A DNA stretch of 64,000 nt from Azolla caroliniana (Eukaryota > Plantae > Polypodiophyta). The translations under genes were made by a program, and so were the position numbers. The notes under the pieces are model-generated. The model was not told the DNA's origin, searched no databases, and saw nothing but the letters and a program-made list of their open reading frames with translations. Position 1 is the stretch's first letter; each line of letters starts with the position of its first letter. The stretch covers positions 14,384,001 to 14,448,000 of the forward strand of contig JBHGNT010000005.1 of NCBI GenBank assembly GCA_043228905.1, given 5' to 3'. Positions 37,955 through 52,070 of the stretch are shown one piece after another.

Positions 37955-38310
37955 ACTTATCTTAAGTGCTTTAAATACAGATTTAATATATATAAGACCT
38001 TTATTTACACCTACCTTTATTAAAAAGTAAGTCATGCATTTTTAGAATCTAGCAAGAATGAGCACTATATTTAGGAAATAAAGCATAGTGTAAAAAGCAA
38101 CTCATGCACATTTAGTGTGCATGAACACTTTAGAAAAAGCATGAAGCTACACTTAGCCTCTTCCATCCTTATATAAGGAGGAGAGACGGATGTATGGGGT
38201 TGTTGATTACTTACAAGGATTGATCAATCTAATATATTCGTGGGATTCACGAGTTTATCATCAAAATTCTCTTTCTTACTATCTAAATATTGATTAAATA
38301 CACTAAACTC

Positions 38311-39045
38311 GTGGGATTCACGAGATTCGTAACTAGTCTTATATTGTATTCTTCTTTCTCCTAGTCCAAAACCTCAGTGGTTCCCACCCGACTCAGGCAA
38401 CGATCCGCAGCCAAAAGGCACGACAACATCAATGTGGATGATGATGAGATGGTGCAAATATGCCTCGGCTTCCTTGCACCACGATTCGGCGCGATGCGGA
38501 CCGCCGTACTAGCACGGGAGAATCCACCCTCCTTCTTCGATCTTCAATCTATGTTGTGGGATTCACGAGATTCATAACTAGTCTTATATTGTATTCTTCT
38601 TTCTCCTAGTCCAAAACCTCAGTGGTTCCCACCGGACTCACGCAACGATCCGGAGCCAAAAGGCACGACAGCATCAATGTGGACGATGATGAGATGGTGC
38701 AAATATGCCTCGGCGTCCGTGCACCACGATTCGGCACAATGCGGACGGTTGTACTAGCACGGGAGAATCCACCCTCCTTCTTCGATCTTCAATCTATGTT
38801 GTGGGATTCACGAGATTCATAACTAGTCTTATATTGTATTCTTCTTTCTCCTAGTCCAAAACCTCAGTGGTTCCCACCCGACTCACACAACAATCCGGAG
38901 CCAAAAGGCACGACAGCATCAATGTGGACGATGATGAGATGGTGCAAATATGCCTCGGCGTCCTTGCACCACGATTCGGCGCGATGCGGACCGCCGTACT
39001 AGCACGGGAGAATCCACCCTGCTTCTTTGATCTTCAATCTATGTT
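38311..39045 (+). repeat. 3 x 245-bp tandem repeat spanning the E LTR end / F gag junction
   Basis: Units start GTGGGATTCACGAG at 38311, 38556 and 38801. Confidence 0.95.
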
Positions 39046-42000
39046 GTTGGTCGAAGAAAACCATGTTCGAACGAGGAGCAACGCCTCGGAAGGCCACATG
39101 CTCTACACGCATTCGGACGGAGGAAGAGGACGTGGTCGTGCAAGAAGAGGCCGATTCGGCCCAGGATGAGGCGGACGAGGCCCAACTTACGAAAACAACT
39201 CGCAACTTCGGCATGAAGGTGGAAGCCATCGAGGAACCTTCGAAAGAAGGGGGAGCTTCCATTCCGGCCCGAACCGACAAAGCTCAGTCGAATGCGGATA
39301 TTGCGGAAAAATCGGTCACCACAAAGAAGAATGCCATAAGAATATACGCAAGTTGGCTTCCAGTAGCCAACAACTCACCAATTACGCCATCAACTCCGAC
39401 TATGACGATCGCGGCGGAATGTTCATGATGAGACATAGAGCGAATTCTATGTCAGCCTCTACTTCTACTAGTGCCTGCGGTCTAGAAGACATATGGTTCG
39501 TCGATTCCGGTGCCTCAAACCATATGATGTCGCATCAAGAATAGTTCCGAGAACTTCGAGATCCGAACCGACCCGACTATGTCGAAACCGGAGACGACAC
39601 TACGCACCCAATTCGGCACATTGGCAATGTTCCTTTCGGAGAAGAAGGTAAGCAAACTTATATTTAAAATGTCTTGCATGTACCAACTATCACGAAGAAT
39701 TTGATCTCAGTCGGCCAAATTGTAGAGCAAGGAATGCAAGTACGATTTAATCAAGGCGGTTGCATCATCGAAAAAGAGGGCCGACTCATCGCTCACGGAC
39801 GAAGAGAGGGCCGAATGTTCATTCTCGACTCACACGAGATGAAATCGGCCATGTTCGCAAAGGTCATGAAAGCTGATTCCGACATAGAGTTATGGCACAA
39901 GCAGATTGGCCATATCAACCTCCAAAAGCTCAAGGCAATGCAATCGAAAGGAGTCATCATCAGGCTCCCGACATTCACGGAGAAAGAGATTGAAGGCATG
40001 TGTGCCGCTTGCCAATTCGGGAAGCAACATAGGCACCCATTTCCGAAGGAGCGGAACATGAGCAAAGGAGTACTCGAAGTAATTCATTCTGATGTATGGG
40101 GTCCGGCTCAGACGGCTACATTCGACGGATGCCGATACTACGTGGCCTTCATCGACTACTTCTCCAGGCACACCTGGATCTACCCCATGTGATAAAAGAG
40201 TTAAGTGTTCAGACACTTCCAAAAATTTTAGAATGAAGTCGAGAAAGCCACGGGCCGACATGTACGATGTCTTTGGTCGGATGGAGGCAAGGAGTACTTC
40301 TCCGACGAATTTTCGGCATTTCTACCGAAAGAAGCAATACGGCGAGAGTTTTCGTGTTGACATACGCCACAACAAAATGGAGTGGCCGAATGCAAGAATT
40401 GGCACATCCTCGAAGTGGCACAAGTTATGCTTAACAAAAAGCACATCTTGAAATGGTATTGAGCGAAAGCAGCTAACACGGACGTCTATCTCATGAATTG
40501 GTGTACGACATCGGGTGTGCACGAACTTACTCCGCACGAGAAGTTCTTCGGAAAGAAGCTAAACCTATCGCATGTTCGGATATTCGGCTCCATTGCGTAC
40601 GTGCACATCCCTGACAAGAAGTGTCAAAAGCTCGACCCGAGGTCGGAGAAATGTATCCTCGTAGGATACTCACTGGAGCAAAAGGGGTACAAGTGCTACA
40701 ACCCCTCAACTCGAAAATCTCGAGTAAGTCGAGACGTCGTTTTCGATGAGTCCGCATCTTGGTACGCACCAGAGACAACTTCGACTTCGATTCCACTCGA
40801 CCCGGATTCCGTTGAAATAGAGATAGAAGCCGAAGATCGACTCACGCGCATGTTCGAAGAAAGCCCAATTATGACAAGGTTTAGTGGGCCACAAGAGCCC
40901 CCGAGCAATCAAAGCAGATCTCGGCCGAGTCCGAAGATGGACAAAGGGAAGGCGAAAATGCTGGAGTATGAAGACGATCACTTCGACGGCAACGAATCGA
41001 CTCACTCCCTCGATAGTGAGTTCGAAGGCCTTGAGATCCAGACAAATGGAGCAGAGAAAGTTGTAGTATCCGCAAACAAGAAGCTCCACCAATCCACCTG
41101 TGAAAAGAACCCCGTAAGTCGATTCGGTTACAACGATTATATGGCGTACCATTACGCTTTTAGGATGAAGGTAGCGATAGTACGGGAGCAGGAAACATTT
41201 TCCGAAGCCACGACGGACCCCAGATGGGTTGAAGTGATGAATGAGGAGATGCAAGGACTCTCCAAGAACGAGACATGGGATCTCGTTCTCCACTCACCGC
41301 ACAAGAAGGCAATTGGCTATAGATGGATCTACAAGGTGAAGTATAATGCCGACGGCTCCGTAAACCGTTACAAAGCTCGACTTGTAGTGAAAGGATACGC
41401 ACAAGCACATGGAGTCGACTATGAAGAGACCTTTGCCCCGGTGGCAAAGATGACGTCGGTGCGGACCGTGATCGCACTTGCAGCGGCAAAAGGGTGGCAC
41501 CTCCACCATATGGACGTCAAGAACGCCTTTCTTCAAGGCGAATTAGATGAGGAGGTGTACATGGTACAACCACCCGGCTTCGAATCGTGCATTCATCCAA
41601 AAGCCGTATGCCAACTCAAGAAGCCTCTCTATGGCCTCAAGCAAGCACCGCGTGCTTGGCATTCGAAGATTACGCAATATCTTCATCAAATCAGCTTTCG
41701 AATTTCGAAATCTGACAACTCCCTCTACATATGACACGACTCTAGAAGCCTAATTATCATCATCGTATACGTGGATGATCTGGTCATTGGAGGTGAAAGG
41801 CTAGTCGACATCAACAAGGTGAAGTCCCTCCTCTCCAACAAATTCGAGATGACGGACATGAAGGAGCTTCATTACTTCGTAGGCATCGAGGTAATTCGGA
41901 CTCTAGCACTACATCCTCAACTTGTTATACAAGTTCGGGATGACTCAGTGTAAATCTATGGCAACCCCTCTCGATTGAAACCTTAAATTGGATGTCGACT

Positions 42001-43484
42001 CCGGCACAAAAGAGTGTGAGCCGACCTAATATCGTCAACTAATCGGGAGCCTCATCTATCTCACGATCACTCGACTTGACCTTAGCTATCCAGTTGGACT
42101 CCTTAGCCAATTCATGCAAACTCCGCAAGATATCCATTTCGATTGTGCTCAGCGAGTATTACGATACGTGAGCAGCACAATGGATTACGGCGTTCACTAC
42201 ACATCGGCCACACCAATACGACTCGAAGGGGTACACAGACGCGAACTGGGTAGGCTACAAAGTCGATCGACGATCAACCTCCGAATTTGTCTTCTCGCTC
42301 GGTAGCGGAGCAATATCTTGGAGTAGTAAGAAGCAGCCTACCGTCTCACTTTCGAGTATGGAGGCCGAATACAGGGGCGCAGCCGTAGCTACATGTGAAG
42401 CCGTATGGCTCAAGAGGATTTTGAAGGATCTGGGCGTCCCCATCAAGGATCCAACTCCCATTTATAGCGACAACATGAGCAGTATATATCTGGCTCAGAA
42501 CCCGGTGTTCCACGCACGCACAAAGCATATCGAAGTGCACTATCACTTCATTCGAGAGCGCGTATAGGTCGGAGATGTCGATCTTCAACACATCAACATG
42601 AATCTTCAGACGGTCAACATCTTCACCAAAGCCTTAAGAGCCGACAAGCTTCGACAATTCATGTCAAACCTCGGATTAACGATTCCTAACTTCCCAAGCT
42701 TGAGGGGGAGTACAAGTGAGAATCGGATACTGTCCGAACCAAGTACGAGCCGAAGCGGACACCGGAGATTGTCCGAACCGGATACCAACCGAAGTGGACA
42801 TCAATCAAAAGGAACCGACCCGAGTTGAGCTTGAGGGGGCATGTTGAGAATTAAGCTCAACATAGTGCAACACGTGAACACACCTTTTGAGAATCCGTGA
42901 TTACTCAAAGGTCAAGAGTCACACCACTACTCTCTACACATTAATTATGTGTCATAGAATCATATTCTATGACACATAACTAATGAGTTACATATTCCCC
43001 ATGACTATGAGTCTTCACATTCCCCAAGAGAGAGAGTGGTTATTGTAAAGTTAATGAAAAGAGAGGGTGACTCTATATAAAGCACCCTCCTCGTACTTCA
43101 TACTAAGTCGGTTGTGACTCCTTATTATGCTACATTTTGTAATTCTTATTCTACTTGTGAAATATACACCTTCTTGGGTATTCCTTTTTCTATCTATCTT
43201 GTGTTCTCTCATCTCTCCTCTAATTCCTCTCACACATACACATAACACACATCTCTTCCGCTACACAAGAATCACCATCGATTCTTTACATAAATGTTTG
43301 CCATCATAAGTTGGGTGTTTTCTCTCCTAAAAGTAAAGCTTTCATCTTTTTAATGTGTGAAATGCACTTCCCCCTCTTTTCCACTTTATTTAGATTTACA
43401 AAAGATGATATCCAATTTATTTCTAAACCCCTCCCCCAATTAAAATTTAATTTCTACCTTTTTTCACATATTGGATAACCTCAT

Positions 43485-45480
43485 TGTTAACATAATCGTA
43501 ATAGCAGTTGTGGGCTAATTCATAAGGAATGAAGGGTGAGGATTAAGTTATCTCAATCTTACATTAGGAGATAACTTTAAAGTGTTTCATCACTTCGCCA
43601 CTTTATATAAAAAAAAGCAACCAAGTATGGAACATAAAAGGGCCTAGGGTTTGAGCCTACATAAAAAGGCTAACTTAACTACCTTCGTGAGGGGAAATCC
43701 CATTTCTTTATTGTTTTAAGATAGAGAATCTAACGTGTAGCAAAGCTCTAGCTTCATATGAGTGTGCCTTCTTCTTCTTCAAACCCAATGTACGCACCAT
43801 GTCCTTAGTCAGTGTATGGGACACTAATGGGGGACTAAAATCAATCTCTCACCTTCACTAGGAGGTGATTGGGTGGACTGATGTTATTTCTTCCTTATTT
43901 TCTTTCTTAATTTTTCTTAATGATAATTAAGATTCTAATAGTTGGTATCAAAGTGTAATTAATATTTTCTTTAGATGCACTAAGAGTGATTTGGTTGATC
44001 TTTGATGGTGTGGCCAGGTATTAGATCAAGGGAATGTGTGTCAACTCTTAGGTTACCCTAATGGTGTTAATATCTCATCACCTTAAAGTTTGAATTGGAT
44101 ATCATAAACAATTTTTAACAAGTTTATGTATTAGAAGTCTCAAGTTTGGCCATTTAGCACTCATCTCAAAGTGATGCCAATGATTTCTTATTTTTTCCCA
44201 TTATTATCATGGACAAATAACTCATTTTATCATTTGGCTTGTTCATCTAAATATACATTGTGGAAGAAAGAATAATTTTTTTTGTTAAGAGTTGGTTTCG
44301 TGGAACACTATATGTACCCCAAAACGTTTAGGGGGACTTGCATTACTAAATTTAGAAGATCATATGGTGGCTCAAAGATTCAATCTTTGAAAAGGTATGT
44401 GCATAGGTACTAAACCTTGGGAAAAAATAATTGGCCAAACTATGGAAAATGTTGGTATATACACCATAGGAGAACGATAATTACAATATCGTGGTGGCAT
44501 GTTGTTAACAATACTTGTGCATTTAAATGTTTATAATTTATTATGGTTCAACAATTAGTGTTCCTTGGAAATGATGTTTGAAATTGTTTAATTGGAACCC
44601 CCTAATTACATAAAATATAGTAATTCATTGGCAACAAAGGTGTTGGCACCCTCAAGAATATTACATTGGATGGAAAAGAAAGTCTCCACTCAAAGTTCAA
44701 TCGAATGACAAGGCTTGGCTTGGTAACTATAGAAGATGTTAACTTAGAATCACATAGGAAAATGATGGGCTTTTGGGCAATCCAAAATAAGTTTCTTATA
44801 CCACAAAGATATTGGTATATTTGGCAATCAATATTTGCATTGCCTAGTTTAGTTTTCCCAAATCCAGGGTTGGTGGTCAAGAACCATGAAAAGATTGGTC
44901 ATTTTGCATTGAAAAATCGATATTTGTGGTGCACAATGATTATGTATACAATAAGTTGGTTGAAGATAGAATTTGGTTAGCAAATAAAGTTCTGGATACG
45001 TGGTACATTACTCGATATGTTAAGTGGTGGTGTTCAATTTTAGATGCAGGATGACATTCTCACCTTCCATTTTGTGCAAAGGGGTTTCTTTGGCTTCTGA
45101 TGGGCGGTTGCCTTCGGCAATGGCTTAAAAATGAACATGCATTTCGAATGAAACATGTTTTTTTTGTATAGACGTTGATGACGATGACAGACACAATTCA
45201 TTACTTGCCCGGTTGCTAAAGCCATTTGGGTGGTTATATCACAAATTTGGACATCAATAATAATAAGTTTTTTGTCACCTTTTAAGTGGGTTTTCATTGA
45301 TGGTGGTAGAGCTCTACCCACCCCATCATTTTAGGTGGTGTTTGAACAACTTAGTTATTGGGGGGATATGGTTTAACTAGACCATGAAAAGTTGGTTCTT
45401 GTTTGATGACTTTGTGGGGTACCACAACAACTCAGTAGGCTTAAAGGAAAATTGATTTCACATTTCTCACAACTATGTTT
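43485..45480 (+). mobile_element. Degenerate chromovirus: 5' LTR 43485-43940, Met-i PBS 43943-43953, eroded internal region
   Basis: LTR homologous to 31284-31737, followed by TGGTATCAAAG; the right boundary is uncertain. Confidence 0.6.
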
Positions 45481-45492
45481 TATGGGGATGTT

Positions 45493-46358
45493 TGTTACTC
45501 CCTAGTAACACAGTCAAATATCTTTTCACAAGATATCCTCACCAAAGGTAGTGGTCAGAGAATGGTAATGAACCGTAACAAGTCGATGGTCGAATCGACT
45601 ATGGCCAAATCGGATAGTAACAACACAACACTTAATATATGAAATCAAAATACAAAACAAACACAAATATAATCAACGACACTATATATCCAAAAAAATC
45701 TCTCTATTAAGTTCCCCTGTTACAATACACATGCCCCCTTTATATAGGAAAGATATAGAATTTACAATGTCATCCGGCATACCATCAGACATATGTTTAA
45801 ATTACAATTTCATTAGACACACTATTTCGGATCTACTATTATCTATCACATTAAATCTACTATACATATTTCGGCAATATGTTCGATAGTATGTTGGATG
45901 ACATTGTAACTTCCATGTCTTTCCTATATGAAGGGGGCATGTGTATTGTAACAGGGGAACTTAATAGAGTTTTTTCTGGATATACAGTGTCGTTGATTAT
46001 GTATATCATTAGACACACTATTTCAGATCTACTATTATCTATTACATTAAATCTACTATACATATTTCGGCTATATGTTCGATAGTATGTTGGATGACAT
46101 TGTAACTTCCATGTCTTTCCTATATAAAGGGGGCATGTGTATTGTAACAGGGGAACTTAATAAAGTTTTTTTTGGATATACAGTGTTGTTGATTATATTT
46201 GTGTTTGTGTGGTATTAAGTGTTGTGTTGTTACTATTCGATTTGGCCATAGTCGATTCAACCATCGACTTATTATGGTTCATTATCATTCTCTAACCACT
46301 ACCTTTGGTGAAGGATATCTTGTGAGAAGATATCCAACGACATTACTAGGGAATAACA
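45493..46358. mobile_element. Non-coding element with ~300-bp inverted LTR-like arms, TG...CA ends and a 5-bp TSD
   Basis: 45493-~45797 is the diverged reverse complement of ~46073-46358; ATGTT at 45488-45492 and 46359-46363; internal ~195-bp direct duplication. Confidence 0.8.
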
Positions 46359-49300
46359 ATGTTGTCCCGACTCCCAAGTTGAGGTAGATTTATGCCATAT
46401 AGTATTACAACACTTGAGAGGGTTTACCTTGCCAGATCGTTGCTAATGAAGTGGTGGATATAACAAGGGTTGTATTATCATCTTGTTTTAATAACAAACA
46501 TAGATTTACTATAAAAAAAAGGAGAGAGGGAGAGCTCTTTAGCTTGGATTCAACGGGGCTTTAGACTAAAAGCTGAAGAAGAAGAGCTTAAACATGACTT
46601 TTATAACTCACAAAAATGGTGTCCCCTTTCACATTGGGGTGGTTGTTAGTATAGATCTCTAAATGCATTTTTGTTCTATCCCCCGTTTTTCCTAGTATAG
46701 CACATGATTTAGTACATACACCAATGTTTGTGTCTTCCTAGGTCATGCTTACGACATGTACTTAACCACTTATTTGTGAGACCATCCCATGCTATGTGCC
46801 TTCAATGAAAGATTTGTGGCATTGTAGACTATGCAAATATTTTGTTGAGTTTGTTGTCATCGGAAGACATTGCTTGACTTCAGACATTGGAATTAGCTGG
46901 TGGCCATTTGGAATGCAATCATGATAAAATGGACTTGTTTTTACATGTTGGAGATTGTTTTTTCCTTTACATGTGGTCTCCTAGCTTGTCGTAGCAAAGT
47001 CTTGTGGAAGTGTAGAAGCTATCGACAAGGGAAAACCGGATATGGATCTTGTGGATAATGATATAATGGTATTGGGCAATGCTTCGATGGACATGTATGA
47101 CAAAGGTGGTGGGTTTGGAACAGCCAAGGAAGGGCTGGACAACATGGACAGGGTCACAAAGCACTCGATTCATTTGAACAAATACAAAGCATGGGCATTT
47201 CTCTGATTTGGATAAAAGACAAAATGATAGTATTGCTACACATATGGATTCTACATTGTTATTACAAATTTCTTTTCAAAAGCTTTGAAGTTGTATTCTA
47301 GTTTTTCAATGAGTAGATTGTAAGATGATCTAGCAGTTTCCCCCCCTTTGTTGGTTGTTCTCCGTTGTAAGTTGGGATGTATATAGATCCATCTCCTTAG
47401 CCTCTTTAGGGAAAGATCTATGATTGCCCATTGAATTTTACAAGAGGGCTTTAGGAAGTATCTTGGCTTTCTTTCCACATACTTTGTATGTTGTAGCAAA
47501 CTTGGTTTTCTTATCTAATGGAAGGATATTCGTTTTTGGAAAAAAATAAAAATAAAAATTGTTGAGTCACGAAAATATACCATGAGACCCACTAATGAAT
47601 TCTATAACTTACATTTGGGTTGTACCTTATGTCATTCATCCTTTGAATTTTTTGTCCCATCATCCAATCAAGGGAATGAATATATGTAACATGCATATAT
47701 CCAATGATCCTTTCTTTTAGAATTTATCTTCCATAATTGGGATCTTAAATGCACTTGATTGATTACATAGTTGAGATGACATTGATCATACAGAAATGCA
47801 TATGATATCTAATTGGTTCCATGAAAACCTTATCATCACCATTATTTATACCAAGGTGAATCTTTATTCAAATAATAATAATAATAATAATAATAGTTTA
47901 TGGGTCACATGTTCACATTATGAAATGATGTCCTATGAAGCTTAAACTACAATGGGTCAAAACCTTATCATACAATAGAGAGAGTCGAGGAACCACTATC
48001 CTACCAAGGAACTAACACTTTCGTTTGGCAATGGTGACATTAATCATATACAGATGGCTTCTAAGTTTCTAATGATATGTTTTGACACAATACTTAGAAG
48101 ACCAAATGTGACCTTAGGCATCAACCCTTTCATTCTCATACATTTCACACACAATGCATATAACACATATCTCAAGATACCACAAGATATGGTCGAAACT
48201 TGATGCCTGTGATTATTGCGACACAACTATGGGTGTGTACAATTCTTGGGAGATAGTGATGTTGTTTGATAATAGTGCTATGAAGGTTACTAAAAGATAT
48301 TCTCGACTCCCTTGATTCACATACACATATAGTCTATGCGTGCAAGGCCACTCTTGGGATACAACTAAACCTTCTCAAGTTGTTTGTGATGATGATGCCA
48401 ACCACCAACCCCTACTACACATGGGCTAGACTAGCACCATCATCAAACCAAACAATTTAGATGAAGCTTTGTTCAGACAAGTTTAGATTTTCGCAAATCA
48501 TGAAAGGGAAGATGGTTGGCCATTGGAGTAAACTAAGCAATGAATGCCCACTAGCTACCTATGAATCATCAAGGTACATATGTATATGGATTCCTTTACA
48601 TACATATGTATTTATATGCATTGCATATATGTATATATAAATAATAAGACTATATCTATATGATCCATAGATTGAAATATTCGCATTCGTGGAGCTTGCC
48701 CCATGAATTCATACGAATGCATGTAAATGTATTCGTTTTCTTCTTCTTTTTTAGAATTTAAAAATAAATAAAAAACTGTTTTTTTCCTGTGAGCGAGTGA
48801 ACGAACAACGAGGAAGCCTCACCCTACTCCATGTGCGTGTTACCCTCGCTTCCCTCTGCATCTTGTTCTCGGCCAAAAAATTAGGGTTTCAGCTGAAAAC
48901 CCTAATTTCTATCATAATCCTAATTTCGATAGTATTTCTTTCTTTTCAACCCACATCCTTGACTCCCTCTCATGCTCTACTCTAATCCTACATCTTGTTC
49001 TCTGCTGCAAACTCAGGCTTTCACTGAAACCCTAAGTTTAGCTAAGTTTAGCAGAAGCCCTAATTAATTAATTATTAATTAATTATTAATTAATTAACTA
49101 ATATTTTTCAATGAATTAAGATATGTATTAGTAAATTAATTAATGTATAATGAATCAATTAATGTTTAAGTGAATTAATTAATTAATATATTAATGGGTT
49201 AATTAATTATTGATGTATGTGTGTATACACATATATGTATATGTGTATATGGCTCGTGACTAACTACTACCAAATATTTAAGAGGGCAAGTGAGGGAATC

Positions 49301-49518
49301 ACGGAGAGGGACGGTGCAAGTCGCACTGCTTATGGCGCGTTCGATCCCCACCGTCCAAGATGGATAAAAAGCTGACAGCGTCTGTCACCAGGAGCCTGAC
49401 TCTCTGACAGCCTCTGTCACCAGGAGCCCGACTCTGTCAAAAGGAGCCCCGATGTCAAACAACCTCTGTAAGAAGTACCTCGACTCTGTCAGAAGGATCC
49501 CTGTTGGGCTCCTTTTTT

Positions 49519-49968
49519 TTATGCACATTTTTCAAGACCATTCTTATCTCGTTCTTGTAACAAAATGGCATCTCGATGGGCCACACTTCTTGCATGTTCT
49601 TCTAATGCAGAAGTCTTAAAGTTTTTGGCACCTGTTTTGCCAAATGAAGACTTACAATGAGGATCACTCCTACAATAACTACACCATAAAAGTCCAGTTT
49701 CCAAATCTTCTTGAAGCCACTTAAATTTAGTAAGCCAATCTTCTTGAAATTTTAGTTTGGCCGTACTAATTCTATTCATTTCATGAAGTAATTCTTTAGA
49801 GTGTTGATGGTCCTTTATAGGCTCTTCTAGAGACACGTCTTCATTGGAAGATGGCAAGTTTTTCCTAAAACCAGGCATTGTAAAGAGGCTGATTTGCTTT
49901 CCTTTGCCTTTCGTATTTTGGTTGTGGGACATACTGTAACAATAATGTAGAGAACGTTCGACTAACAT
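49519..49968 (-). pseudogene. TTF-type zinc finger (ZNF862/hAT transposase N-terminus-like) fragment
   Basis: KFQEDWLTKFKWL...LWCSYC...SFGKTGAKNFKTSALEEHARSVAH. Confidence 0.7.
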
Positions 49969-51169
49969 AATCTATGGATTCCATTTACGAGAAGGCGAAA
50001 CATACATACACAATCCATGTTTCCCAAAGAGAAAAAACAAATTAAGATACCTGTGATATTTGAAGATTACGAGGCAATAAGGATTGAGTTTCCACTATAG
50101 ATCTTCCAATCTATCAAAAAATAAAGAAGAAAGAGGATGGCTCACATTAGCTTACACACACATTCAAATCCATGTATGTAATGTGAAAGACATTGAGGAA
50201 ACAAATATATTGCAAACCATATTGAAGGAAATGATGAAGACAAAAAAGGTAGTGTATATATTAAAACAAGAGGACAATACAAATGCAATTAAATGAACAT
50301 TTTGTCATGAACAATTGATCAATCAAACACTCTTGATAGTGTCATTAAAGATATTATGTTGCAAGTCGTGACAATTATATTGATTTATATTCAAAAGACA
50401 AACATAATACTTATAAGTAAATCTTCGATGCATTCTCCAACATATACTCCTTGCATGAATGTAAATTCCTCATCGTTTGAAGGGTTTATCACTCGTTCCT
50501 TGCAATTAGGTGATTTGTGTGCTTTCACGAATGGCACGATTTTATCATGAGTGAACATGACAAATAACAATGTTGTAGATGTTTAAGTCTTCATGACTAT
50601 TATACAAATTCAATATTTTTTTGAGGGCAGCCATAGAATAGATTTACTAGAGCCTCCTCATTTTGCACAATGTAAACATAAGACTTGCAATAATTTGATG
50701 GCCTTAATAATGTGATTGCAAGCACACAATTAAGTGCAAATCGTTAATTTGGAATGCAACAAACATTTAGTTATCTTACATTTGTAAGTTTTCAATCACA
50801 TGGATATGAAGCATTCATAGTCTATTTGAAAACTTACAAATAGACTATGAATGCTTTCCACTATCATAACTTATTCAGATGGTTATGTTATTTGAAAATA
50901 GAGAAAATAGATTAAAAAAAAGAGAGAAAATAGAGAGAATTCATAAACAGAGAAAGACAAACATACGTACTAAAGTGGTAGAGTGGCAACAAGCATGCAA
51001 GGAGGAGCAACCAACAACGAGCTGCAAATTTTATGTGAAGTCCCATTTGATTATAATCTAAACACTGAATATTAGGTTTGTTCAAGCTTCAAATAAACAA
51101 AGTGAAATCATTAACATGATTACATCTCATAAATGCACATATCTTAAAACTATTTTAGAGTTCTTCCTG

Positions 51170-52070
51170 TTCTAAGCCCATCAGAACTGGAAAGAACACG
51201 CAGCTAGTTGGAGGCCATTAGCAGGAAAAACTGGTAGTGCTAAAGATTTGGGAAAGAGACCAATAAAGACCTTAATTATATATGCAAGTGACCTTGTACA
51301 AATTATTGCTAAGGTAAAGTTTATGCAGCATATTTTGCCTTATGTTTATAAATAAAACTTTGATTGGTGTTGAGAGCACATTTGATGAAGAATTGTATAC
51401 AACCAAACTCGAAAGGGGTCCTCAAATGCGAGAGCGAGAGCGAGATGCATGGCGTATTGCTCGTGAGATTGAAGGACAAAGCACAAAAAATCTTCATTTG
51501 GCTGAGGTAAAATTTCTTCAAGACTGTGTACCCCATCGTGCAATGAACAGTTTTTCTCTGTGGCATAAAATTTACCTTGAAGTATTGACAAGCTAAAACT
51601 AAACTTTATGATGGTTTTTCCTTATGATTGAGGCCAGTTAACGTAATATAATCAGCACATGTTATTGTGCTTTCAGGAAAGAGGTGTGGCCTTGAGCAAG
51701 GAATTTGAGCTAATAGATGAAGGGAGTAGACTCTCCTCTGTATTACGTGCCAGTGAAGACTTTGGTGATGATAATGAGGATTCAAGTATGAACCTCCTTA
51801 ATAATATGACATTTGGAAATCTGTTGTTGAACTTGAGATCGTGGATGTTGGGTCCAATGAAACTGAGCCTTGTCCCAAAAATATGGCTGAAGGGAACACG
51901 CAATCCTCTAGTTTGTCTAAGGTAATAAGCCTTTGCAGATTAATAAAGTTAGCTTAACTATGCTTAATTATTGGCCCAATGTGTTCTTTTTAACAGCTGA
52001 AGGATAGATCTGCAGAAGGGGGCCCATCTCCTTCAGAATAGGAGCCCAGTACAAACCCAATGGAGAGTTA
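51170..52070 (+). pseudogene. Intron-containing fragment of an ataxin-2/Pbp1-like (CID3/CID4-type) gene: SM-ATX end and LsmAD domain
   Basis: KTLIIYASDLVQIIAK|gt (51314); GVESTFDEELYTTKLERGPQMRERERDAWRIAREIEGQSTKNLHLAE|gt 51507...ag 51676|ERG...RLSSVLR. Confidence 0.8.

Larger units (their letters stand above)
32546..38425 (+). mobile_element. Phygy-like Gypsy element E (5' end deleted): gag-pro, RT-RH-IN, PPT 37655-37666, 3' LTR 37667-38425
   Basis: CIWCDGTEHDRRDC, LIDHGSEIN, DLYSGYDQ, PFLDD, VTVDTSPTG and IADRGELD motifs; LTR TGTCGT...ACGACA. Confidence 0.9.
31975..43290 (+). mobile_element. Copia element F (LTRs 31975-32422 and 42842-43290; PBS 32423-32433; pol ~38426-42710), with Gypsy E nested inside
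   Basis: Near-identical LTRs; perfect TSD TAAAT on both sides; WFVDSGASNHM, HSDVWGP, YKARLVVKG, YVDD and [11 protein letters not shown] motifs. Confidence 0.95.

Noticed and set aside
37884-38425. Separate solo LTR starting at TGTTACG
   Set aside because: The TGTCGT...ACGACA terminal repeat and PPT place the LTR start at 37667, and there is no TSD at 37884.
46400-48560. Possible genes in the AT-rich interval
   Set aside because: Only short ORFs and eroded repeat-like sequence; nothing assignable by eye.
49320-49500. Possible SINE (GTTCGATCCCC followed by short tandem repeats)
   Set aside because: No convincing A-box, tail or TSD.
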